Origin: Raillietiella orientalis | Taxonomy: Eukaryota | Length of the DNA: 64,000 nt | Direction: 5' to 3' | NCBI GenBank assembly: GCA_036172245.1 | Contig: JAYWIR010000010.1 | Coordinates: 2,790,001 to 2,854,000, forward strand | Shown here: positions 53,253 to 64,000 of the stretch, one piece after another | How the letters are laid out: every line of letters starts with the position of its first letter | Position numbering within the stretch: position 1 is the stretch's first letter | Notes under the pieces: model-generated | Told to the model about the DNA's origin: nothing | What the model saw: the letters and a program-made list of their open reading frames with translations, nothing else | The model's database searches: none | Made by a program: the position numbers and the translations under genes

Positions 53253-53838
53253 TTGCAATTGAAATAAGCACTCTCCGATAGCTGCGACAATTTTTATTAG
53301 TTTAAGGCTGTAAATTAACTTTCAGTTTGTTTCCAAAACGGCATTTCACATCTTCAGTATGTTTCACTTATTAATGGGAACCAATCTGTCAGTAATTCCA
53401 TTATTATGGTGAATAGTGATTTCTATTAACATATATGTCCATGAAGACCACGTATCAGGGAAATATCTCTTTATGAAAGAAATTCCATTTATTTGCATTA
53501 CCGTATAAAATATGAGCATAGTAATTTTTGTATGTTCCATTTTATTTACGCCAATTAAAAGTAAAGAGTGATGAAAATCACTATTACGCTAAGAGACAGA
53601 TTCATATCCTGGTACCACTTCGTCTTCTTCTCCACCAATAGGATATGGAATCACGGATGCACTTAGATCGTGCTTCTTAGAAATAAAGTTCAAAATCACT
53701 TATGTTCAAGGCATTTATGTAAAACTTATCGCACATTTTCGTAAGATATCGGATATTTCAGTAAGATTGGTTCCAATAGATTGCCTTTATTGTTTTCAAG
53801 TTTCTTGTGAATGACAACTCGGTGAAATTTAGTGCATC

Positions 53839-55235
53839 ATGTCTGATATTGAATGGTAAGTGCACAAAATTTCCAATTACGAAAATGCATGCAGTAATAA
53901 AATATGATCTACCAATTAAAACAAAAATCTTATGATTTTATTGAACCAAGTTCTGCAACTTCATTATTGAGTTCTTTAATGAAAATCTTATGATTTTGGG
54001 AGCTTATTTCTTCGATTGCCCTCTGCTTATTTTTTTTTCTCTTTCCCCCCAGTTGTGAATTGCTTTTTAAAAATTCGATTCTAAAAAGCTGCTGTTTTTT
54101 GTGAGACTAAATATCGTTAGAGGCAAGCAGAGTTGCAGAATTTTAAGGAAATTGACACAGATTTGATTGTCATATAAATTTTTTTCCAGTGAAGATTTAA
54201 CAACTGGAGCTGTGGGTGGTTCCATGGATCTAAATACTGCCCTTCAAGAAGTTCTTAAAACTGCTTTAATCCATGATGGGTTAGCAAAAGGCTTACATAA
54301 AGCTGCTAAAGCTCTTGACAAGTTAGTATTTAACATAGACTCTGTGTTAATCCATGTAGGTTTGGAATATAACTGCTTTCAGGTTTTGTTTTTTCTTTCC
54401 CCCCCCTAGCAAATGGTGATTTATTTGAATTTTTTGAAGATCTGAAATGAATGTATCTTGCCCATGTTCCATTTGGTTATGAGTTAAAAATGAAGCATTA
54501 ATTTTAGATTATTTTTTAGTTTTCTAGCTGTAATGGCTTTATTTTTTATATTAGTATCCACACAAGTTCAGATCATGTTAGAATGAGTTTTTTTTTTTTT
54601 TTTTTTTGCAATGAGTCCTAAAATGGAATTTATAAATAACTTGAGACTTGACTTAAAATTGGATTTTATTTTCATAATTCTCAATTTTCATATGGGATGA
54701 ACAAATTTTAAGTTCATTCAATTTGGATACATAATGTCAGATTTGAGGTCTGCTGTTTTAGTAGTTAGGTATTTGTCACTGAACTTGGAAATCTATTGAA
54801 AAATTGTTAAATGCATGTTATTAGAATAGGTTTATTTTAGAATAGCTTATTTTAGACTGATAAAAGTAACACTTATTCAGTTATTCGGGATTCAAATAAT
54901 ACAAATCTTCAATTTTAGGAGGCAAGCTCTGCTCTGTGTTCTTGCAAATAATTGTACTGAGCCCACTTATGTGATGTTAGTACAAGCATTATGTGCTGAA
55001 CATCAAATTCCACTCATCAAAGTAGATAGCAACAAGAAGTTGGGAGAATGGGCAGGACTTTGCAAGATTGACAAAGAAGGGAAGGCAAGAAAAGTTGTTG
55101 GATGCAGTTGTGTTGTAGTCAAAGTAAGAGAGAATAATATTTGATTTATATAACTGATCATTGTTATAGGATTATGGAAAAGAGACACCAGCTCATGATT
55201 TTGTGAAGGAATATCTGAAATGTAAAGCAATGTAA
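53839..55235 (+). CDS. RPS12: 40S ribosomal protein S12 (eS12); exons 53839-53855, 54190-54321, 54919-55123, 55170-55235
   Basis: [68 protein letters not shown]. Confidence 0.98.
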
Positions 55236-55439
55236 ATGAAATAATACATATGGTTTTTATTTGATTTAAGTATCTTTGGTTTCCAGTTTTAGTTGATTAG
55301 AAATTGAAAATGTTATGTTGTGCTAATTTCAAAGGATAATGCAGCAGTATGTGGTGTTTGGCATCAAGAACATTACGCATTTGTGAAGTATAGCATGGAA
55401 TTGAAGTAATTCATATGGTGGCTAAATTGGTGTCAGTGT

Positions 55440-56100
55440 AGTCAGAAACACTTGTGTCAGTCTGTTCATGGTCCTGTCATGTGCAACATGAAAGGGAATT
55501 TTTGTGGGGGTACATATTCATGTGAAACTGTTGGCATGTATCCAATGCTGAATGTTTGATGTGCACAGTTTCATGATGTGTAGACATCAAAAAGGATTTG
55601 ATGTTTGAAGTTGTGTCAGCAGTAAATAGAAATCCCGAACCACAGAAACAATAGCTGAAAGTATTTGAACAAATTGCAGATGTTTCATGCATTGAAAGTT
55701 TAGCAAGCTGCTGCAATCAGCACATAACTAAGGTGTAGCTGATTTTCAGGACCAAAAGTATTGGTATAAAGTGCTAGTATAAAGGTATAAGCAAGTATGC
55801 AAAGACACTTCATAGAAAGGAAGGTATTCATCACATGAGAACAGAGAAAGTGCATTAGAATTCAGTATTAACATCAAGCTGGTTCATTTATTAATGGAAT
55901 TTACCAATTGATTTTTCCTAGACCTTGATAGTTGAGTTGGAGTTTTGACTGAACAGTTGCATCATCAGAGCAGTGACCTATCAAGAAAGGATGACAAAAA
56001 TCATTGTCAAATTGTTTGATGGGTGACTGGTAGAGTCTGAACTGTCCACAGAAATTCTGAATTATTGTGATGCAAAGTTAGCTTGAAATAAGCTGATTGA
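55440..56100 (+). mobile_element. Possible highly decayed hAT-like transposase remnant
   Basis: Frameshifted NMKGNF.GVH..PNA..HS resembles the NMxGxxxGV...P.A...C..H motif of hAT transposases; many stop codons. Confidence 0.25.
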
Positions 56101-57354
56101 AACTTTTCTTAGCAATGGCAGTGTCCTTCAATTGCACTTTGTATGACTGGGGATAATGTTGCACAAATGAAAGAAATTTTTTTTAATGCTTCATCAGATG
56201 ACAACAAACTTGTGAGAAGGTTTTGGTTAGTATACGAATTTTCAATTTTCAGTTTCACTGATGATGAAAATGCTGGGAAATTAGTTCATTCATTTTACAG
56301 AAAATCAAAAATTGTATTAAACAAATGTCTACTCAAACAATTCGCATCAATCAAAAGTCTAGATTTTATTAATATATGCGAAATATGTTTGAGTGAATCA
56401 GAAAATAGAGTATTGTGAATACGAACTAGTAACTATGTAGGGACGTTCGAACTGAATCGTGAAGGATGAAAAGAACAGCAACAAAAAAAAAAAAAAGAAT
56501 CGAGTTTCCAGTCATGGAACACATGTGGACATCAAAAATTATTTGTGAAGCAATTAAGTATTTATCTGCATCATTTTAGCATCAGTGGTTTGAATTTGCA
56601 GATGGTTATGAAGCCACACGAATGTAGCAACACACAAAGTGAGATGGGATGCAAAATGAGAAAGAGTTCTAAATCATTAAGCTTAGGTTTATTCTGAGAA
56701 AAGATACTTGCTTGTCACTTGCTTGAAGTACTTACAAAAGTAACGCGTATAATTCATGCAATTTCGCACACAATTCTGTGTATTAATTAAGACAGCCGCA
56801 TTTTTCATGTGAGCATTTTCGTTGTATTCATACACAAAAGTGACTGAATGTAAAAAAGAAAGAGTTGCATTTTAGTGTGCATGAATGCACTGGCTCGCAA
56901 AGAGTATCATGTATAAAAGCTTTGAAAAACTAGACAAACCGAAATCGGTTCTGTTTAGATGAGCCAAAGCTAGATCCCAGCAGTTTCAGTCAAGATGATT
57001 ATAATAGGATCTTTTCATTGCACCAAGGCGAACCATTAATCGTCACAGAAAAAAACGTTTTCCGTACAGATTTGTCACATAGTGGCAAGAAATCGGTCCC
57101 CAAGTGGACATTTATCGTTAGAAGGTCAAACATTATTTTTAAGGCAGTCTGCAATGTATTCCCACAACCAATTGCATGTTTTATTATACTCTCCTGACTG
57201 AAACAAACACTAGACTTCGAACTTATTAAACATTTCAGAGAATGTACTCCGGGTCGAATGAGCTATGTAAATAGCTTCGATCACGTGGTTTTCAAATTTC
57301 ATGTGCGGCATTTGATGATACAGCGAAGATAGGCGTAATTCCAAGCCATGCAGA

Positions 57355-57545
57355 AATACTTTTCATAACCGGGCTGTGGCAGCCGGAGATCACGTGCCCG
57401 ACGACCTGGTCCTCGCACCACATACTCTCGCCGCCCTCAGGGCCGACCGGACCGCGGACGGTCATGAGCACCAGCTCGCTGCCCGGAGGCAACTCGCTCG
57501 CGACCCTGCACAGCTCGCTCTTCCCGACGAAAAGCTTGCCCAGAT
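57355..57545 (-). pseudogene. Isolated exon or fragment of the dimethylglycine/sarcosine dehydrogenase GcvT C-terminal domain
   Basis: FVGKSEL...LVLMTVRGPVGPEGGESMWCEDQVVGHVISGCHSP matches the DMGDH-type pattern FIGK.AL...LV.LTV...DPEGNESIW...VVG..TSG. No other exons recognised. Confidence 0.65.
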
Positions 57546-59999
57546 CGGGAGGGGTTAGACAACAAGCACTCACGAAAATGCAAACAATTAATGTTTATTG
57601 AAAATTTCTCCTTAAGAGTAACTAAGTAGATCTCTGCTCTGTAGTTTGGGGGGTGTCCTGGAGAGTGTGTCGAGTAGGTGTTCTGGCTGTGTTGGGTGCT
57701 AGACGATAGCATGATCTTGCTGAGCTGAACATCTGATTAGCAGCTGACAGTTCCTCTTCTGCTTGGCTGATAGATGTCAGAACTTCTGAGAGAGATTCGC
57801 CCCATTTTCCCGCTGGGTGCAGCTTTTCTATACTTTTCATCAGCACGATCATCCCATCTCCAGCATCTGCCAAGCAGAAATTTCGTTTGGCAGATGCTTT
57901 CTCACGGGCGCTCTTCGCAGTCTTTTCCAGCTGCATTGACGGTTGCTACAGCTGGCACCTGTTTAGACAGATTTTTTCTCTCCTTGGTTGTCGAGGAGAA
58001 GTTTGCGATTTGATGAGCGGAGGAGCTTGCCAATGGATTTATCGAGTCTCTGAGTGAAACTCCCGGTCCTCCGTTGCCTGCAGATACCAACCAATCCCTC
58101 GCCTCGAAGATGTCGTAAATCTGGGCCCAGTTCCAGGGAAGTGCACCCTCCATTTTTCCCCTATCGGAAGTCAGCTTATTCTCTTTCTCAAAGTCTTCTC
58201 TGGTGACTTTGGTCAATTCTGCTGCCACGCCTTAGGACGCTTTCCAGTCCCGAGGCAAGACAACTGTATTCTGCAGCTTCCAAAAGAAAGTTTTCAGAAG
58301 AGAGAAACGTGCAGTGCTACTGTTTTGTTATCTTTGCTGCACCAGTCAGTGCCTCAGGTTCAACAGCTTGGTTCAGGTGTTCCATTGACCGACTCGGCTC
58401 AAAGGTCCCTTTCGAAGTTTCATAAAGAACTCAGTGGCCCCTTGAACTCAATGTCCTCTCCCAGCCTGTCGGAAGGGATCGAAAGCGGACCTTTTCGTCT
58501 TTCTTCTGTTCATCCTTGGACTTCGTGTCAGAGACAAAGGGGCTGTACATCCAGAATCCTCAGGCCTCTTCGGGATTTGCACGAACAGGCATCCAGTTCG
58601 ATTCTCAGACCTACATCGGGCCTCCGAGAGGCTCCCATTCGTTCAAGTGACGTTTCTGAAGGTGAGAGGAGAGAACGCTTACTTCAGGGGAGAGCAGTAG
58701 TTGGGTTACTTCATCCGAGTTCTCAGCTCAAACCAGAAATTCTGATCATCAACAGCTGATGGTAATCAGTTCATTTCAGCTTAATCAATAACTGAAAAAT
58801 GGGTGATAATCGGTTCGGTAAAGTTCGGAATTCGAGCTGCCGGGATATAAATTTGGTGGTAAATGAACCAAGGACCATCAACGAAGAGCAAGCAAACAAA
58901 GAATCTAAAACGTTAGAGGAATGAAGGAAAGCACTCATTCGCGTGCCGGAGGAAAGTCGAAAACGCGAACTACGGTGTAAAAATCGAGTCGCTGCAGATC
59001 GCTGATCAGATCGCCCTTTCAAAAAAGGAAGATAAAGAGAGGAAAAAAATAAGAGCAGAAAATAACTTCCCGGAAAGCAAAAAGACAAAAGAAGTCACGA
59101 CAACCTTGAAAACCAAGTCGAAAAGCGCACCACCCGCACTTCTCGTGCGCAGCCAAAAAAAGAGGGAAAAGGGAGATACAACCACGAAAAAAACGAGCCC
59201 TGGCATGTGGCCGCCTCGGACCCTTATGGCAGGGAGTGCGAGAACCCCAGAGCGCACCTTTGATCCGGAAGGTGAAAGGATGCTGCGTGAGACGATTCGA
59301 TCCTCAAGGCTAGTACCGTGACTCTCTCACCTTCGTGCCGGAAACTGGGCGCCGCAGGGAAACCCTCAGCTCCGGGGCTCAACCGGGAACCGTCGCTCGC
59401 GTCGGGGACGCGCTGCGCGAATTCTGAAGTGGAAATCGACGGGCAGAGCCGCGCTTCCTCGCGCAGCATTTCCTCTCGCGCAACGTGCAAGAGATCAAGT
59501 GCTGGGGCGTCAGGTCGAGAAAACCGGAGAAATCAAAACGCCGTTTACCAAATGAAACAACCATCAAGGCATGCAGACGTGTGCTTCCTGGTGCTGGATC
59601 CTCGTATTTTCCTCGACCATTTTGGTGTTCCCCAGGCTCTTTTCCATTTCGAAAAACATCTCATCTTAGCACTTTATTTTAGAAGGAGTGCATAAAATCA
59701 ATGCAGCAGTACAGTTTGTAAGACTGCCGTGCTTTTACCACTTGTCTTGTTAGCACACATCAGAGACTGCTGCATGTGTGATTCGTGAGACGCACACAAC
59801 TTGTCATGTGTGTGTGTGTGCGTACGTGAGTGCGCGCCACCCGAGTAGGACGATGGTGCTTTCGACGCAATGCTGTGGTGGGACAACCATTCCTATCGTT
59901 CCTTGTTCTGCCGTTTCTGATGCCGATTTGATGTCCTTTATGCAGTTTTATTGAGGCTGTTAAGATCAATGCGAGGAACAGCTTTTCAGAGAGGAAAAA

Positions 60000-62149
60000 A
60001 AAAAAAAAAAAATGATTTCTGGTCTTTTTCACAGTCCAGTTTTCTCTATACTTCGGACCTTCCTTTTCCAGTCCCTTTGAGCAGCTTTTGGTATGTCTTC
60101 TCCCTTTCTTCTGGAATTACATCTACGTTTCGATACCCCCGTCCCTTTTCCTTTCTTCGCTCACTTCGACAATGGATGTTTCATCGCATCCTCAGTGGCC
60201 ATCCACTTTCACAGGGAGATTCTTTGTGGACTGCAAAGGAGCAACCCGTTGCTCCTTGCCGTTGCTCTTCTTCTATTTCACTCCAAGTAAGGAAATTCTT
60301 CTGGTGGATTCCTCTCAGAACTTCATTGAGGAGAACTGGGGGATTCACGAGAGGGGAGCTGTGAGGTCACGACGCGCTGGAGGCAGCGGGAAAAGCATTT
60401 TTGCGAGGCCGGTCTCCGAGGCTGCTGCGAAAGGAAGGGACCACTTCGTCATCGTGTCATCTCTTTCGGTTGACACGGATCCTCGTATCTCAACGCATCC
60501 GGGTCACGGTTCTGCCATTTGGCAATATCGATGCGGATTGACATTGAAGCAAATACCTTGGTGCTGAGGATGATTTCATCGAGTCCTTGAGATCCCACTA
60601 GAACAGGGGCGCGCGCTTCGCTGTCTCTCTGCGTCGAAGACGGAGCACCAGAAAATCATAGGAGAGAGCACTCCACAAGCAGATCAGCCAAAGACGAGAG
60701 GAGTGCCTCGGCACCAGCAGCTCTGGCGCAGACTGCTATCCATTACCAGAATGAAGCCTCCGCGAGGATGGTTCCTGAAGACCGAGGAGGAGTCGATGGA
60801 AGAGACGGCGGCCAAGCCGGCGCACAGGAAGCTCCTCCGAGAGAAATGTGCTCCACCAATGGCGCTCATCCGGGGGAACCTGCTATTGGATGGAAGGTTT
60901 CGAGGGATGAGAGCGACTATGAAAACTCGCCAGGGATGCTGATGCGGGGAGCCTACAGGCAATGCGAAAGGGAGAAGACGAGTTGGCCTGCGGAACTATC
61001 GCGTCTGCGTGTGATGGATGCATCTGACAACGGGATCACGCGCGGAACAGTTGGCTGCTCGGCTTCGCTCTCATCGGTTTCATCGGAAAGCAGCGAGTGT
61101 GCCTGCTTGGTTTCATCGTCCTTCCGCCTCTGCCCCGCGAACCGTAGTGTCTGGTTTCCAGAAATTGTACTCACGTGAGCGAAGATCAACGGCTGCTCGC
61201 TCCAGGAGAGCATCGTGCATCCCACCAAGTGTGCCTGGGCAGAACGGGCTTACTTTGCTGCGGCGCTGCCTTCCCTGAGGGAGCATCCTGGCAGCAGCAA
61301 ACTGTCGGCTTTCTGGGAAGTCTTCTGCGACATTTCCTCCAGACCCTCACTGGTTGGACTATGGAGCAGATAACCAACGCTGCGACCCCAAGTCTCCAGC
61401 CAAAAGGGCTTGTGCGTTGAGGAGAGCTGCTGAGGATTCCCCGTGAGGATCTCGAGTGGTCCCCAGCACTCCTGAACAGCTGCATCCTCCCTCTCAAGTG
61501 GCAGGAGTTGGCGCTTCTGCTGTTGCACTGGGACCTTCCATGCAACGCGCGCCGATACCACTGGACCAGGGGAGTTGTGCATCCGCATCGCAGCAGGTGT
61601 GGGGAGAGAGAAGCTTTCCCGCACCTGTTTGTGGACTGTGTTGCCCTGCGACCGATGTGGGGACGCTCTGCAGCGACGATCCTTCGGACCCCGTGTGGCA
61701 ACTCCAGGAACACACTGACACCCCTCTTCATGCTTGGCGCATTGTCGCCGGCTTGTAGCGCTTTGCTGCCTACGCGGGATTGCGGCGGCGTGGATCGACG
61801 CTGGTGGAGGACGAAGTGGCAGGGACGCCATCCAATTCTCTCCACGGTTTTTGCGGAGGGAAACGGGATGGTAGAGAACCCGAGAAAAACTTGCCAGAAT
61901 CCTGGAGAGGGTGCATAGGACGGCCTCCAGCAGACCGTGATCCCTTCCCGTGCCCTCCAGAGTAATTAATATTTATATTTCTTTATTTTTTGTTCTTGTT
62001 TTTCCCATTCCCTCTTCTGTCGAAGTCATCCACCCCAGTCTGCGCCCCGGACACATGGCATGCTGTGCTAATGCCAGGACTTGGTAGGGCCAATGGCTCT
62101 ATCATTTTGTAAATTTTAAGTTAACACCCCGGAGATCCGGGTGAAAATC
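60000..62149 (+). mobile_element. Decayed, internally deleted L1/Tx1-like LINE
   Basis: GHGSAIWQY (post-endonuclease G..W motif), TRQGC (RT-like RQGC), LLLHWDLPCNARRYHW..RCGEREAFPHLFVDC..W zf-RVT, and a 3'UTR ending CCCCGGAGATCCGGGTGAAAATC. Confidence 0.75.
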
Positions 62150-62519
62150 GTCATTCCGCCTTTCGCGGGAACGCTGCTGCTCTGAGACCAGCGAATAGCA
62201 ACGGGACCTCTGAACGACTCAACAGAGCACTCGAGGCGTTTGAAACGGGAGTCTGCTGTCGCCGCCAAAGCTCCGATTCTTCCTCTTCGGACAATTCTGT
62301 GTGCTGAAGCTACGAGGAAGGAGCTACGCAGGTTTGCATGGAAACGGAACTGCTCATTTCCCTCGAAGAATCCCCTTCCGGCTTCAGGGGTTCCTCGCTA
62401 GCACACACCTCACGTGCCAGTGAGGAAAGGGTCAGGTCAGGGCCTACTACCTTCAGCGAGATATATGTAATTTTTTTATCTTTTTCAGCCTCAGCAGCAG
62501 CGTTGTATTGGTCAGGCAG

Positions 62520-62736
62520 GTCGTCGGCTTATCTACATTCTATTGGCTGATCATCTTCCCATTGGTCCATCTTTGGGTCTTCGGCTGATCAATGTGTGGT
62601 TGGCTCATATTCAGGTCTTCGACTCATCTCCAGGTCGTCGGCTCATCTGGTCTTGGACTCATCGCCGGATCGTTGGCTGAACATCGTGTAATCGGCTCAT
62701 CTTCGGGTCTTTGGCTCATCTCCAACTTGGCTCACC
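62520..62736. repeat. Degenerate ~19-bp minisatellite
   Basis: About ten imperfect copies of a GGCTCATCT core, consensus near TTCAGGTCTTCGGCTCATC. Confidence 0.7.
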
Positions 62737-63199
62737 TCGCAGCTAGAACGGTCGTCCCGGGTTTGTGGTGACTGGGCTGGCAGATCGTCCGCACGTTTTT
62801 GTGCTGCCGGTGACCTGGCCCTTCGTCGACCTCGGCTCCACCGTCGCTTCTCCTGAAACGCTCCCTCCACATTCCCACTTGAGCGCTGCTCGCTGACGTA
62901 TCCTCATCCGGTTCAGCCACGCAGCTGGTCCCGTTGCTCTTCTTGTATTGCTGCTGCCTGTCCTCGAGGGCGTGATCGTCCTGCGGTCTCAGAAAAAGGG
63001 CGCGAGTCATCCGGTAGCCGAGGGACGCCCGTCCCCGGCATCGCAAAAAGAAAAGAAATTTTTTTTACATTACCGCGCGGGTTTCTCAGCAACGAGAGTC
63101 CAACGCGTCCGCGCTGGACTGGTTCCGAATTCTGTAGGGCGAGAAGTTAATGCGCATATCGAACCACTACATATGGCGCTCTTGTCGATTCACAGAGGA

Positions 63200-64000
63200 A
63201 CAGCATCTTAGTGCGGCGCATCTTTAAGAAAGTGGCAAGAAGACAGGGAATGGTCGCTTAGGATGGAAAAATCCTGGATGTTGCTGCCGCCACCGAATCC
63301 GGTTCTCGTCATACGAAAGGATGGTGGCGCCATCGTCCCGTGTGTCTCCTGCCAATCTGAAAGCTCCTCGGAGGCGGTTTCCTGTCTCCGCGCGCCCATC
63401 GCCGCGCCACAAGAGGAAGGACTGCTTCTTTTGCGGCTCGTATCCACCTGGTGGCTTCACTCGAAACGATCCTCGAGCTCATCCACAGCGCTGAAAGTCT
63501 TCGTGAAGGAGAGCTTCACGGTCATGTGATCGTGATACGAGCTTTCCAGCTGCATCAGCCTTGGCATCCCGACGGGCAGGTGATGCTTCTAGGAACTCGC
63601 CCTGCCCGCCGGGATACGTCTTAGCCGCGGAAGTGTGACCTGAATGCCTCCGGAAGGCCCCCCACAGTAGCTCCCCTTCATCCAGAAGGCAGAAAAGGGA
63701 GAGGAATGAGTCTTCATACTCGCTCCGCGCATCAAGGGACGGAAGAGGAGAGCAGACGGCCTCTTGAGGACCAGAGTTATTGGAAAAACTCTTGGAAAAA
63801 CTCCGTGGAGTTTCTCGAAGGCAAATAGAAAGCCTCAGTGCCTCCGCGCTGAGATACAGGACTCCAGCTGCAGACGCCGGCACGCCGCTGGCGGGTCTCC
63901 TGTAGGCAAGGCGTCCGTTCCAGGCATCCTTCACCACGGGTCCGAAACCCGTAAGAGACTCTGCGGATAGAAAGACGCGGGTCGGGATGCATCTGTCGGA
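63200..64000 (-). mobile_element. Decayed LINE endonuclease-region fragment
   Basis: SAAGVLYLS and AFYLPS..TEFFQ resemble the APE motifs GVAIL and VYAP..FF; frameshifted. Confidence 0.4.

Noticed and set aside
54290..54305. RPS12 GLHKAAK versus the common GLHEAAK as a possible A-to-I recoding site
   Set aside because: This position varies among animals, and no similar pattern appears at conserved sites in KARS or RNMT.
54690..54785. Box C/D snoRNA in RPS12 intron 2
   Set aside because: The C box is imperfect (GGATGA) and rRNA complementarity before CTGA is only partial; it cannot be supported without a scan.
57600..59300. Protein-coding gene from ORFs 57622-57936 and 57902-58228
   Set aside because: Frameshifted and unrecognisable; more likely decayed repeat sequence.

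Overview
Eukaryotic genomic DNA, probably from an arthropod (inferred from the RPS12 and PHLPP sequences), with three compositional zones. About 1-37.5 kb is GC/CpG-rich and repeat-laden. It holds decayed L1/Tx1-like LINEs, a tRNA-derived SINE family, a Tigger-like MITE, a signal-peptide LRR gene and a multi-exon PHLPP-like LRR+PP2C gene (minus strand). About 38-57.3 kb is AT-rich and CpG-poor, with a compact cluster of OTUD6B(+), KARS(-), PIH1D3/DNAAF6(+), RNMT(+) and RPS12(+) whose introns are mostly 39-66 nt. About 57.3-64 kb has an orphan DMGDH-like exon and more LINE debris. Main observations: the OTUD6B and KARS stop codons are 16 bp apart around a palindromic pair of poly(A) signals; the LINE family ends in a conserved hairpin plus TGAAAATC rather than poly(A), with apparent double insertion at one site; and two inverted-repeat pairs bracket PHLPP exon blocks. 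Gene models were assembled by eye and no searches were run. I found no clearly new multi-gene system.
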